Source: the human T2T-CHM13v2.0 reference genome, Homo sapiens. Taken from it: a stretch of 64,000 nucleotides of DNA. The notes beneath the pieces are model-generated. The model had not been told where the DNA came from. It was given only the letters and a program-made list of their open reading frames with translations, and searched no databases. This document shows positions 1 to 16,890 of the stretch, one piece after another. The position numbers were made by a program, and so were the translations under genes. The first letter of the stretch is position 1. Each line of letters begins with the position of its first letter. Where the stretch lies: positions 32,864,001-32,928,000 of the forward strand of contig CP068257.2 in assembly GCA_009914755.4 (NCBI GenBank). The letters are read 5' to 3'.

Positions 1-69
1 GCAGTCCGCAGTCCGGCCTGGGTGACAGAGCGAGACTCCGTCTCAAAAAAAAAAAAAAAAAAAAAAAAA
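1..69 (+). mobile_element. Alu SINE, 3' portion truncated by the window edge, with poly-A tail
   Basis: Sequence ...ggcctgggtgacagagcgagactccgtctc followed by A(35+) matches the Alu right-arm 3' end. Confidence 0.85.
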
Positions 70-540
70 GACATGTAATCCCAAAGTTTCCTTGAAGATA
101 AATTACATTTGCTGACAGGACTCTTTAGAACCACTGAGAACAGTCAGATATTGGAGGTCAATGAGAAAACAACCCCACTGCTGATTCACTCCATAGCATG
201 CACTGAGCACCCACATGGTCCACATGAGATGTGATGGGGCTTGAACCAGTCTGGCTGTAGAGGGGAAAGAAGGAGAGAAACAGATCTGAGAAGCATTTTG
301 AGGCAGAGCTGTCAGAAGTCACCAAATGGCTCTGAATAACATGGCGGAGTCCAAGAGGCCAGAAGAAGAATCAAGAACAGCCAGGGCCGGTTTGAGCAGC
401 TGTGTGAAGGCTGGCACCATTAACTAGGGTAGAAAGCATGGTGGAGAAATGGGGCTGGCTAAGCAAAGTTGCGGGTTCAATCAAGAAGTTTGCCTTTGGA
501 ATGTGTCATGGTTGAGATGCCTTTCACAATCCAAGTCTAG

Positions 541-890
<350 letters not shown>

Positions 891-3066
891 TCAGACTGGA
901 AAGATATACACTTGGATGTCACCAGCATATTGATGTTGCTTCATGCCATGGGACCCAATGGGGCCCCCCCACCCTGGAGGAGGGTAGTTAGAGAAGAGAG
1001 GTCTGAGGATCAAGTCCTGGGATGGTTAGAGTTTCATAGAGGAGCAGGAACATAAATAATAAAGGCCAACCACATAAGGAAAACAAAAGCTATATATTCA
1101 GGGTATACTGTAACAAGGGAGTCATCACCATCACTTACATTTTGGTAGAGACTCCAAGGCAAGAGTGGGAAAGTTTGACAGTGATGTTAACCAAAAACTG
1201 ACAGAGGCAGGTGTCTCAATTGATAGCGGTTTATTTCGCCAAGGCTGAGAATGTGCCTGGGAAAAACTCGAGTCACAGGAACATCTATGACCTGTGCTTT
1301 CCAAAGAGGGTTTTGGGAATTCAGTGTCGAAAAGGCAAAGAACAGACAGGAGGGAAAAAAGCGAGGGAGGGTGGGCAGTGAGGCAAATGGTAACATTATT
1401 GTGAGGTTCTGATTAACGCTCAGTAAATTGGCATTTTACATAAAATAAAGCAAACACGTGAAAAGAGGAAGTATGGGGAAAAGTCAATGATGCATTTATC
1501 TCAGGGTGGATGAAGGGATGATTTCTGGTCTTGTCCTTGTCCTCTTACCTGTGAAGATAAGCTTGTAATTGACATTGTTAGGGTGAGATTGAACAGAACT
1601 CAGTTTCGGGGCTAGCTTATAGGGGGGATATGTATCCTATAAGATTTAGGGCTCACACAGAATTTCCTTGTGAGCAATTTGTGAAGAAGGCCATCTGGGG
1701 AGATATGTGGCCTCCTATCTTTGTGGGAACCTGGCTTATGTATGACGTTATGACACAGGGTTTTGAAATTACAGCTATTTGAGAACAAAAGAAAGGCAGT
1801 ATTGCATGACTCAGTTCCCAAGCTTAACTTTCCCTTTGGCATAGTGAGTTTAGGGTCCTGCGATTTTGTTTTCTTTCACAGTGGAAAGGAAGGGAAGGCT
1901 GCAGGTGCGCCCTGATGGGAGTCTGTTGGCATGGCGAAGCCCTAGGTGAGCTAATTAGGGGCAGGGTGTCCCATGGAATTGGCTAGGGATGCATATTTGG
2001 TTTTCTCTGGTTGGTCCTAAAATTAAAGTGAAGACAAAAATTAGGGGAGCTGTCAGTTATTAATCAAGTCCTGGTCATTGTGGGCCAACTGTTATGGATA
2101 TTATTATTTAACTTCCTGAATTGTTACTAGAGATAGCAGTCCGGCTTTCTATGAGTCTGACTTATAGCAGGCTGGCTTCCGGTTGTTTATTGTAGATAAA
2201 GGGGTTGGGTTCCTGGCAGGTAGCTGCAAGCTGTGAGTCATAGTTCTATTTATATATCATGTGGCCATTGTCCATTTGTATATTTAGTCTCTTGGGAGAA
2301 AAAAGCCGAAAAGGAGATTGAAAGGAGCAGCTAGAGAGAGGAGGGAAACTAAGACAATATCATCATCCCAGAACTTAGGAAGATAAAGTCCCAACAAGAA
2401 AGGGGTGGTTCACTGAAGCAAATGCTGCTAAAATGTCTGATAAGATGAGGATGTCAAAGTAGGTGAAGCTTTTCCAGGTGAAAAAGAGACGTAGCCATCA
2501 TTGTTGCTGAATTCTCAGACACAGGAAACATTTTCCTGTGGCTTCAGGCAATGGTGAAATAGGAACTAACAGGGTCAGTTAGGAAGAGAAACTTTTAATG
2601 CCTCTAGGGGGCACAGCATATCATACCTAACAACTGAGCAGCAAATACCGTCCCCTACTCTCCAGACGCATTTTCCAGCCCAACATGGGATTCTTAGATT
2701 GGTTAGATGGCAGCATCTGAGACCACAATTAACCTGAAATCCAAGCTCAGGCACTTGCAGCTCCAAAGCTTCACACTCGATGCTCCGAGTTTAGGGACTT
2801 CTATCAAGTAAATTGGGAAATGGGTCGTTCTCCTTTGAAGACTGTTAGGAAAGAGGGACAAAAACGGAAAAAAAAAAAAAATCAATCCCTGAGTTTAATC
2901 TCCAGTATTCCTTCCCAGAAACTTTAAGTTAGCTACAAGAATGTTAATCATGAGCAGAAATTGTTTAATAATCAAATTATCATAAATTTGCTTTTCTTTT
3001 ACCTTAGTAAGGTAACTATGTGACAAACATTTGTGAAGTTGAGAATAGATAAAAGTACCCATCATA

Positions 3067-3768
3067 TGATCTAGCCATCCCACTGTTGGACATATACCCA
3101 AAAGAAAGGAAATCAATATCTTGAGGAGATATCTGCACTTCCATGTTTTTTGCAGCAGTGTTTACGATAGTTAAGATTTGGAAGCAACCTAAGTGTCCAT
3201 CAACAGATGAATGGATAAAGAAAATGTGATACATCCACACAATGCAGTACTATTCACCCCTTAAAAAGACTGAGATCCTGTCATTTACAACAACATGGAT
3301 GGACATGGAAGACATCATGTTAAGTGAAATAAGCCAGGCACAGAAAGACAAACATTGCATGTTCTCACTTATTTGTGAGATCTAAAAATCAAAATAATTG
3401 AACACATGGATATAGAGAGTAGAAGGATAGTTATCAGAGGCTGGGAAAGCTATTCGGGGGCTGGTGGGTGGGTGGGGAGAGATGGGGATGGTTAATGCAT
3501 GCAAAAAATAACTAGAAAGAATGAAGAAGACCTACTGTTTGAGAACACAACAGGGTGCCTATAGTCAATAATAAGTTAATTGTACACTTAAAATAACTAA
3601 AAGAGTATACTTGGATTGTTTGCGACACAAAGGATAAATGCTTGAGGGGGTGAATACCCCTTTCTTATGATGTGCTTATTTCACATTGCATGCTTGCATC
3701 AAAACATCTCAGGTTCTCCATAAATATATACACCTATTATGTACAAAAATTAAAATTATTTTTAAAAA
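3067..3768 (+). mobile_element. L1 LINE 3' fragment (ORF2 C-terminus plus 3'UTR, older L1PB/L1MA-like), 5'-truncated
   Basis: Contains ...atatacccaaaagaaaggaaatcaatatcttg...ccatcaacagatgaatggataaagaaaatgtg...aagccaggcacagaaagacaaacattgcatgttctcacttat...agaggctgggaa... and an A/T-rich terminus, which is the characteristic L1 3' end. Minus-strand ORFs 2895..3240 in the track are chance ORFs over this repeat. Confidence 0.85.
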
Positions 3769-3974
3769 GTGCCAAGAAACTCTGTACCCTAACATAGCCC
3801 TGTTAGAATTACTTAGCACTAATAGTTGCCTTTGCTGAGTGATGCAAGCAGATGTCTCTGGCCCTCAAAGATGAGGAGACACTGCTGCTCTGCTTGGTGT
3901 GAACATAAACTCCAGTTCTTCTGGGAACTGCCTTAAAGACAGCAGAAACTGGAGAGCAGAGAAAAGCGGAAAGT

Positions 3975-4267
3975 GGCCAGGCACGGTGGCTCACACCTGT
4001 AATCCCAGTACTTTGGGAGGCCGAGGCAGGCAGATCATGAGGTCAGGAGTTCGAGACCAGCCTGACCAACATGGTGAAACCCCGTCTCTACTAAAAATAC
4101 AAACATTAGCCAGATGTGGTGGTAGGTGCCTCTAATCCCAGCTACTTGAGAGGCTGAGGCAGGAGAATTGCTTGAACCTGGAAGGCTGAGGTCAGTGAGC
4201 CGAGATCTTGCCACTGCACTCCAGCTTGGGCAACAAGAGCAAAACTCCTTTTCAAAAAAAAAAAAAA
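3975..4267 (+). mobile_element. Alu SINE with poly-A; approximate TSD aaaag(c/t)ggaaag
   Basis: ggccaggcacggtggctcacacctgtaatcccagtactttgggaggccgaggcaggcagatcatgaggtcaggagttcgagaccagcctgaccaacatggtgaaaccccgtctctactaaaaatacaaa...gcactccagcttgggcaacaagagcaaaactcc plus A14. Confidence 0.95.
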
Positions 4268-5614
4268 GTGGAAAGCATAACCTTGCTTGATGGTGAGGTT
4301 GAATCCCCACCTTCGCCTTTCTCAGATTTATTCCCATCTTCCTACTCCTCCAACCCCTATGTTAGCTCAAGCCCAGATGGCTCTCACCTGCATTAACCTA
4401 ACCATCTCGTAACCCATCTCCTCTCTTTGTTCCTTTCCTATGCACCCTCCACATGGCCAGCTGCCAGAGGATCTTTCAAAATGACTAATCTTACTATTCT
4501 TCTCCTCTACAAAGCTTCAGAGGCTTCCAGTCTGGACTCCTTAACAACACATAAAAAATTCCTCTTCTGTTCTTCCTCTGGCTGGTGGCTCTCAACCTTG
4601 GCTGCACTTGAGGATCCTGGGGAGCTTTAAAAACTGCCCTGCTCTGGTTTAGTCAGTCTGGGCTGGGTCCCAGGTGTCTAGAGTTTTAGTTTTGTTTCCC
4701 AGGACCTGGTGACTCCTTGAACTATTTGCAGATTCCTGAACCCCTGTCGGAGAGTAAGCTGTGTTCTAATCTCATCAGATCTAAGGAGAGATGTAGGAAC
4801 TTGCCTTGAGGCTTGAATTCTTTCTCCTACTCTCCACTTGTGGTAGTCAGTCTTTTGCATTTAAGGGTCAAAAATAAGAAGGCCTATTGTGTTTCCAAGG
4901 CTGGGGTCCATAGTGCATACGATAGGTTTCAGAGGGAGAGATGGCAGTGGAGATGGGGAAAGAAAATGTGGAAACCTGAGTCTAGGATGTTGCTTGCTAA
5001 GTGTACTAGAATATGCCACCCCAAATATGCCTCTTTGGCATATAATTATTTTGAGCTGAAGGCTATTGAGAACCAGCAGATGCACGAAAGGTCTAAAAAC
5101 AGAGTCTAAGTTTTCCTTTTGTAAAGGATTGTAGAGGTGTCTCCTTCTCCCAGGAAGAAGACTCTTAACTACTCATCAGAGGAGAAAGGGCAGACTTAAT
5201 TCTGCACAACAAATCTTACTAAACACCTCTTGTTTACCATCCTTTTCCTGGTTAACTTCTCATAAGTTGCCTCCCCTACACAGAAGCCCCAACCCCTTCT
5301 TTTTTGTTTTAGCCTAAGATGGTATTTAACCCCCAGTCTAACCACCCCTTTGGGTTACTCACCTCTTAGTGTTCCTGTGTGTACACAGACAACGAACTTG
5401 TAAGTAGACTTGTTTTTCTCTTGTTAATCAGTCTTTGGCCAGTCTAACTTATAAGGTTTCAGTTGGAAAACCTAAGATGGGTAGAGGAAAAGATTCCCCT
5501 GCAACACACTTATATTATGAAACCAAACTGGATACCAAGCAAGGAGGATCGGGCATCTAACACTTAACTCCTGACCTCCACAATAGCTTGCAGGTAAGGG
5601 TTTTTTTTTTTTTT

Positions 5615-5727
5615 AATATATATATGTATTTTTATTTAAGTTCTAGGGTACATGTGCACAATGGGCAGGTTTGTTACATATGTATACATGTGCCATGTTG
5701 GTGTGCTGCACCCATTAACTCGTCATT
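5615..5727 (-). mobile_element. Short L1 3'-terminal fragment (~113 bp, young L1PA-like terminus) in minus orientation, preceded by a T17 run (poly-A on the minus strand)
   Basis: ttatttaagttctagggtacatgtgcacaatgggcaggtttgttacatatgtatacatgtgccatgttggtgtgctgcacccattaactcgtcatt is the reverse complement of the extreme 3' end of primate L1. Confidence 0.8.
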
Positions 5728-6046
5728 TTTTTTGTTTTGCTTTTTGTTTTGTTCTGTTTTTTTTGAGACGGAGTCTCGCTCTGTCGCCAAGGCTGGAGGG
5801 CAGTGGCACAATCTTGGCTCACTTTAAGCTCCACCTCCTGGGTTCAAGTGATTCTTCTGCCTCAGCCTCCTGAATAGCTGGGACTTCAGGTGCCTGCCAC
5901 CACACCCGGCTAATTTTTGTATTTTTAGTAGAGACGGGGTTTAACCATGTTGGCCAGGATGGTCTCAAACTCCTGACCTCAGGCAATCCACCCGCCTCGG
6001 CCTCCCAAAGTGCTGTGATTATAGGCATAAGCCACTGTGCCCGGCC
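5728..6046 (-). mobile_element. Alu SINE (minus orientation) including its A-rich tail (5728-5766); it shares one TSD with the adjacent L1 tail fragment (caggtaagggtttt at 5591-5604 and 6048-6061)
   Basis: gagacggagtctcgctctgtcgccaaggctggagggcagtggcacaatcttggctcact...cctcccaaagtgctgtgattataggcataagccactgtgcccggcc is an antisense Alu; the direct repeat caggtaagggtttt flanks the whole L1-fragment+Alu unit. Confidence 0.9.
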
Positions 6047-7438
6047 ACAGGTAAGGGTTTTAAAGGCAGGAGGCAGAGGTTACAGGCAAAATAAGAAATC
6101 ATGGAGGTTATACATTGGTTTAACCTAGAAAGGTGGAACATCTTGAAGTGGGCCCACAGGTCATAGGTGAGGCAAAGCTTTGTCTAAAACTGTGGGATCA
6201 GTAGAAAAGAATGTCAGCTCTGGCTCATGGGTGTGACTTCCTCCAGGCTCCCCAGGGAGAAATTTAGAACAAAGAATGGCAGTCAGAATTCAGTCCTCAA
6301 TTCCTCTTTATCTGAAGTCTATGTGTCAGTGGATCCATTTGGTGGATCCATTGGTGGGGGTCCAGGTTTCTGAAACAACTCTGGGACATATGTTAATGGC
6401 ACAGGACTTTTTTGGGGTGCCACTTCACCAGCCAGAGACCTCTGCAGCTGGCTGTACCCCTGCCTGGGCCTCACTCAGCTCTGAGCTGGCCTCTGGCCTT
6501 GCTCCATCCAGTTGGCCCAGCAGGCTGCACCCAGCTCACCCTACCAGCCACCACAGGTGAGCCAGGTGTGGAGTGGCAAGTTTGCAGGGTCCAGTTACTG
6601 TGCACAGTCAGGTGCATCAGCTGCTGCAATGGAATGAGCAGCTCCAGGTGCTGGCATCCAGACTAGGGGAACACAGTGGCACCCAAAAACTTGGAGATGC
6701 CAGCACCTGTGAAGCCCCAAAGGGGGTGTTACATCATGTCACAGCACTGGCTCCAGAAGCTCTGAGGTCTAGATGTCCAGAAGGGTCGCAGCTCTTTTCT
6801 CCTTCCCGCCACTCACAGTGCAGAAAATGGGGGTATGTTAACAGCTCATTCAGTCCTGCTGCCCTGCTCTAGCTTGTGGCTCCTGGGAAGGCCCGGCCCT
6901 GCTGCCATTTCCCATCACGCGGGACGGATGCCCAGCACTGGCGGAGGGTGGGAGGGCTACAGTGTTACAGCAGCTACTTTTGCACCCACTGTTTGGTGGG
7001 TCCTGGGTTCTTGTCCCATGTCCATGAAGAATGAGATTATGCTGACAACTGGAGAGTGAGCAAGGCAGAGAAGAGCTTTATTGAGCAACAAAACAGCTCT
7101 CAGCAGAGAGGGGAGCTGAAGGTAGGTAGTCTCAATGTGTGGCTGAGTCTCTCCAGTTTTTATGGGCTCAGAATGTGGGAGGTGTCAGCTATCCATAGCC
7201 TTGGAAAAGGCTACACTTGATTGGTTAAAAAGCATTATTCAGAAAGAACCAATTGGGAAAGAGCAGGCAAATGAAAATAGAAGTTCTCATTCTGGTCATG
7301 GACTCCATCCAGAACTGACAGCCTGGTTTTCAGGCTTCAGGCTGTCTTTGGCTTGGAGGTTGGGTTTCATGGGGGACCCACCCCAATCTGCCTGGGAGTT
7401 TGTCTGTCTCCTGCTGCTATCTTTAAGATGCTATCTTT

Positions 7439-7757
7439 GGCTGGGCATGGTGGCTTACGACTGTAATCTCAATACTTTGGGAGACTGTGGTAGGCAGATT
7501 GCTCGAGCTTAGTAGTTTGACCAGTGTGGGCAACATGACGAAACCCTGCCTCTACAAAAAAAAAAAAAAATACAAAAATTAACAAGTTGTGGTGGCATGT
7601 GCCTGTGGTCCCAGCTACTGACAGAGCTGAGATGGGAGGATTGCTTGAGCCCTCAGATCAAGGATGCAGTGAGTCATGATTGCACCACTGCACTCCAGCC
7701 TGGGCAACAGAGTGAGACCCTGTCTCAAAACAAAACAAAATCAAACAAACAAAAAAA
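7439..7757 (+). mobile_element. Alu SINE (diverged, AluJ/S-like) with A-rich tail; TSD gatg(c/t)tatcttt (7427-7438 and 7758-7769)
   Basis: ggctgggcatggtggcttacgactgtaatctcaatactttgggagactgtgg...gcactccagcctgggcaacagagtgagaccctgtctcaaaacaaaacaaaatcaaacaaacaaaaaaa. Confidence 0.9.
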
Positions 7758-9406
7758 GATGTTATCTTTAGTTTTTACAGGGAGCCAAACATCCCATGAT
7801 TCTCACTTCCATGATTATTGTTTTAAGCTACTATTACTCTCTTGCTTATCAAGTTGTTCATTTACTTCTCAGGCTAGCTAGGTGCCTGGAATTTCCCTTT
7901 AAGAAACTCAAGATTTTTTAATTCCTCTGTTTGGTGCTGGGGAGACCAGGCCCCTAAGAGGGGTCCCTGCTCCATCTCATTTGTGAGAGCTTATGAGACA
8001 GCCGCTCCAGGGCTGGCCAGTAGCTCAGGAGGAGGAAGAGTCAGTGGCAGGGAAAGGGAGGTCCAGCTCGCCTGGGAGATAGGAGCTCTTCCAGCACTGG
8101 GCTGGGAAACCATTCTCTGGCAGCCCTGCCACTCAGTGGACCCTCAACTTCTCCTTAATTTCCTAGGCAGTATAAGGGTAAGTACAAGTAAAAAGAAATT
8201 GAATTTTCCCTGGTGCCAAAAGGCAAAGAGAAGTCCCTCCCTCCCTTTTCTTAGAGTATTTCCTTTATAATCCTTTCTCTGTCTCTTTGGGAGGTATATA
8301 AACCTTTCTGAAAGCTAAACAAGCCCTTTGCCACTTTGGCTTCCCAGGAATGTGCTTCTCGGGGGCCTCGGAGCCATCTCTTTGAAATGTGAACATTAAG
8401 ATGGATGGTGCCCTGTCTCCTGTCTCTCTGGGAGCTTTGCCTAGGAGTCTGGCTACAAGTTGTAGCATATGAGAGTTTTCTTCTTCCTTTGGATGAGTGC
8501 AATTAACACATATGTAATAGATTCTATCTGCCTGGCTATGTAAGAGGGTGATACATTTTTTCTGTCTTTGCAATTTCTTTAGTGGATTGCTTTTGATGTG
8601 TGTTGCAATCTGGTTTAATGCATATGTAATAATAACACTTTTTTTCATTTCGTATATTTTTGGACAGGTTTTCTAGATTGGCAGATTTTATTTTAAATTT
8701 CCGCAACAGCAGCAAGTCCTAGCATACCTCAACATCATCCCAGGAACACCCCACCCTTGGGGAGGAAATATGCCAGAGATAGGAAGGGCCACTTCTAAAT
8801 ACAAGAGAGTCATCAGGCACCTGTCAGGAGGGAGAGTATCCAGTCTCTAGAGATGGAAATGTCAACCTAAAAGGAAGAAGCAAAGGCAGAATTAATATAG
8901 AGAGTTTATTTGGGCCAAGGTTGAGAGCTGCAGCCATGGATGCACTTCCAAGTTGCCTTGGGGAGTGCTCTGGAGGACAAAGAAGAGCCTCAAGTTTTTA
9001 AAGAAAAAAGGAAGAATCATGAGAGAAGCAATTACGAAAGCTGCTCATCAGGAATTTTCATTAGTTTACAGAAATAACATTGGTTAGTGATTGGCTATAC
9101 ATTGTTGCAACTTGGCATTCATCTGCAGCCCACATAGCAAGTGGCTTCAAGAGGTCATTATTCAGTTCCAGGGAGAGTGAGACCTGATTGTGGTCACATT
9201 TTAAATGCCTTTCTGGGCCTGATGATTTAAAGGGCTCACATTCCTCAGATAAAGGTTTTTTTTCTTTCTCAGATTGAAGTATTCTGGTGCACTCAGCCTT
9301 TGGACAGAAAGGAGTGGAGATTCTCATTACATATGGGTGCTTGCCTTAGTTGTTTTAAATTTATGTGCAACCAGGCTGTTTCTCCCATATAAAAGCACCC
9401 CTAAAC

Positions 9407-9737
<331 letters not shown>

Positions 9738-10191
9738 CTAACAAGAGCCAACAGTCTCTGTTGAGACCTTCCTACCCTTCAAGAGAACACCAAATTGGTT
9801 GATGAACATAGTGGAGAGGAACGGGGATCTCCATCATTGGGACCAAGAGAGGCTGTGAAACATGATAAACGCTGGTCTAGAACAGTATGGAGAGGCACAT
9901 GTAGTAGCGGGTTCAACTAGCAAAGAGAAGACAGCGTCCTTTGCAATTTTATGTGAGTCCTTCCAATCAGATGACCTTACAGAGGTTTTAAGTTTAGGTT
10001 TTGTTTTTTTTTTGAATTTGTGATGACTTTTTGGAGTTTGGCTCAACTGTCTTGTAGAACATCCCTCATTCTAGCTTTGTCAGACAGCTTCGTCAGGGCC
10101 TCCTTGACTTGTCCTTCTCTCCTCTGTATTTCCTGTAACTGGATGTGGATCTAAAGGCTGAACTGGGCTCATGAGAAGAATCCTTCACAGG

Positions 10192-10637
10192 TGTGATGGT
10201 TAATACTGAGTGTCAACCCGATTGGATTGAAGGATACAAAGTATTGATCCTGGGTTTGTTTGTGAGGTTGTTGCCAAAGGAGATTAACGTCTGAGTCAGA
10301 AGGGTGGGAAAGGCAGACCCACTCTTAATCTGGGTGGGCACCATTAGCTGCTAGTGCAGCTAGAATATAAGCAGGCAGAAAATGTGAAAAGAGACTGTCC
10401 CAGCCTCCCAGCCTACATCTTTGTCTCGTGCTGGATGCTTCCTGCCCTCAAACATCGGACTACAAGTTCTTCAGTTTGGATCTCCCTGCTCTCAGAGACT
10501 GGCTCTCCTTGCTCCTCAGCCTGCAGATAGCTTATTGTGGGACCTTGTGATTATGTGAGTTAATACTTAATAAACTCATATATATATATTCATTCCATTA
10601 GTTCTGCCCCTCTAGAGAACCCTAACTAATACAACAG
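10192..10637 (+). mobile_element. Solo LTR of the MaLR (MLT1/MST-like) ERVL-MaLR superfamily
   Basis: tgtgatggttaatactgagtgtcaac...gattaacgtctgagtcag...ggcagacccactcttaatctgggtgggcacc...cctcccagcctacatctttgtctcgtgctggatgcttcctgccctcaaacatcggactacaagttcttcagtttgg...cttgtgattatgtgagttaatacttaataaactcatatatatat...ctctagagaaccctaactaatacaacag. These motifs are typical of MaLR LTRs; the family assignment is from memory only. Confidence 0.6.
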
Positions 10638-11599
10638 ATGGATCCCATCAGGACACATGATGACAGCCCATCCCTGCTGGCATTGCTCACTTTGATAATT
10701 TAGGGAAGGTGACAGTCACCGTATCTTTCATAGTAAACGTGCATTTTCCTTCTCAAAATTAGTAAATACTGTAATTTGTTGAATTATACTTTGACATCCT
10801 GTTCCTCAACAACCTTTCACCCAATAAGGTTTGGCATCCACTGAAGGTGCTTCCCTGAATCTATTTCTTCTTTGAGGGTTGCAATAAATGTATATCTTTT
10901 TTCTACATTTATTGGAGGAAGTCTTCCCTAAAGAAGAGTTCTCTTTTCTCTCTCTGTTCCTTTTTCTTTTTTTTTGAGTATCACTGTGAATTCATGGATT
11001 TCTTTATAACTCAATGTCAACTGCCATCATTATTATTTCTGATACTTAATCTCAATTTGGCCGGTGGGACCCTCTTCAAGCTGCCTCTGCTGTTCGTTTG
11101 ACATGATCCCATTAGTCCGTGATTTCCTTATTTTCTGGTACAATAAGGTGTCCTAGGCTCAACTTGTAATTTACCTGCTTTTGACTTGTAATCAGCCGGT
11201 TCAATGAGGATCCCTGGTTCCCTTTCCTGGGGAATGGTACTTAGATACCAAGTTCAAGGCATGAGGTGTGCCCATTGCTATTACAATGTTATGACTTCTA
11301 GGCTCTTTGACTGAAATTAATTACAGACACACACATACATACGTGTACTTATGAATTCACACTGACATTTCTTGTTTTTTTTTATTTCAATAGTTTTTGG
11401 GGAACTGGTCATGTTTGGTTACTTGGATAAGTTCTTTAGTGGTGATTTCTGATGTTTTGGTGAACCTGTCACCCAAGCAGTGTACACTGTACCCAATGTG
11501 TAGCCTTTTTTTCCCTCAACCCCCTCCCACCCTTCCCCCTGAGTCCCCAAAGTCCATTATATCATTCTTATGCCTTTGCGTCCTCATAGCTTAGCTCCC

Positions 11600-15800
<4,201 letters not shown>

Positions 15801-15879
15801 TTGTTGTTGTTTGTTTTTTCTATTTGTATTGTTTTATAGGCCCTGTGAGATTTATGCTTTAAGGAAGTTCTATCTTGGT

Positions 15880-16890
15880 GTATTTTGAGGTTTCGTTTAA
15901 AGATTTAGAACTCCTTTTAGCATTTCTTGTGGTGCTGGCTTGGGAGTGGCAAATTATCTCAGCATTTATTTGTCTGAAAAAGACTTTAACTCTTTTTCAT
16001 TTATGAAGCTTAATTTTCCTGGATACAAAATTCTTGGTTAACAATTATTTTGTTTGAGGAGGCTAAAGATAAGACCCCAATTCCTTCTTGCTTATAGGGT
16101 TTCTGCTGAGAAATCTGCTGTTAATCTGATAGGTTTTCCTTTATAGGTTACTTGATGCTTTTGCCTCACAGCTCTTAAGAGTCTTTCCTTCATCTTGACT
16201 TTAGATAATCTGATGACTACATGCCTAGATGATGATCTATTTGCAATGAATTTCCCAGGTATTCTTTGAGCTTGTTTGATATCTAGGTCTCTAGCAAGGC
16301 CAGGGAAGTTTTCCTCAATTGTTCCCTCAAATAAGTTCCACACTTTTAGATTTCTCTTTTTACTCAAGAACACCAATTATTCTTAGGTTTGGCAGTTTAA
16401 CATAATCCCAAATTTCTTGGGGGCTTTGTTCATTTTTTAAATTCTTTTTTTTTCTTTTTTTTGGTTTTTATCTGATTGGGTTCATTCAAAAGTCTTGCCT
16501 TCGAGCTCTGAAGTTCTTTCGTCTGCTTGTTCTAATCTATTGTTGACACTTTCCAGTGCATTTTATCTTTCTCTAAGTGTGTCTTCCATTTCCAGAAATT
16601 ATGACTGTTTTTTCTTTATGATATCTATTTATCTGGAGAATTTTCATCCATATCCTGTATTGTCTTTTTAATTTCTTTAAGTTCATTTTCACCTTTTTCT
16701 GGTATCTCCTTGAGTAGCTTAATAACCAACCTTCTGAATTCTTTATCTGGCAATTTAGATTTCTTCTGGGTTTGGATGCATTGCTGGGAAGCTAGTGTGA
16801 TCTTTCAGGGGTGTTATAGAACCTTGTTTTGTCATATTACCAGAATTAATTTTCAGATTCCTTCTCATTTGGTCAGCTTTGAGCTCACCA
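15880..16890 (-). pseudogene. Disrupted L1 ORF1 remnant
   Basis: Minus ORF 16092..16376 matches the ORF1p RRM/C-terminal domain (ENFPGLARDLDIKQAQRIPGKF...RLSKVKMKERLLRAVRQKHQVTYKGKPIRLTADFSAETL). A stop occurs shortly after (…ETLQ-ARRNWGLIFSLLKQNNC…). Confidence 0.75.

Noticed and set aside
1180-2330. Possible LTR-like or other interspersed repeat in the first 2.3 kb (e.g. ...tgtagataaaggggttgggttcctggcaggtagctgcaagctgtgag...)
   Set aside because: I could not match it to a repeat consensus from memory and saw no terminal repeats or TSDs, so I left it unannotated rather than guess.
3899-4396. Various 60-120 aa ORFs overlapping Alu elements throughout the window (e.g. 3899..4135, 4035..4337, 9423..9689, 23717..23941, 26874..27221, 59331..59585, 60335..60697)
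   Set aside because: These are translations of Alu consensus sequence (recurrent peptides such as ...[29 protein letters not shown]... and ...SQHFGRPR.../...[21 protein letters not shown]...). They are SINE-derived, not genes.
10967-11375. ~400-bp segment immediately 3' of the large L1 that looks repeat-like (...ttataactcaatgtcaactgccatcattattatttctgatacttaatctcaatttggccggtgggaccc...)
   Set aside because: It is probably an old interspersed repeat (DNA transposon or LTR fragment), but I cannot assign it. It is not part of the L1, because the L1 3' terminus plus T-run is at 11375-11440.
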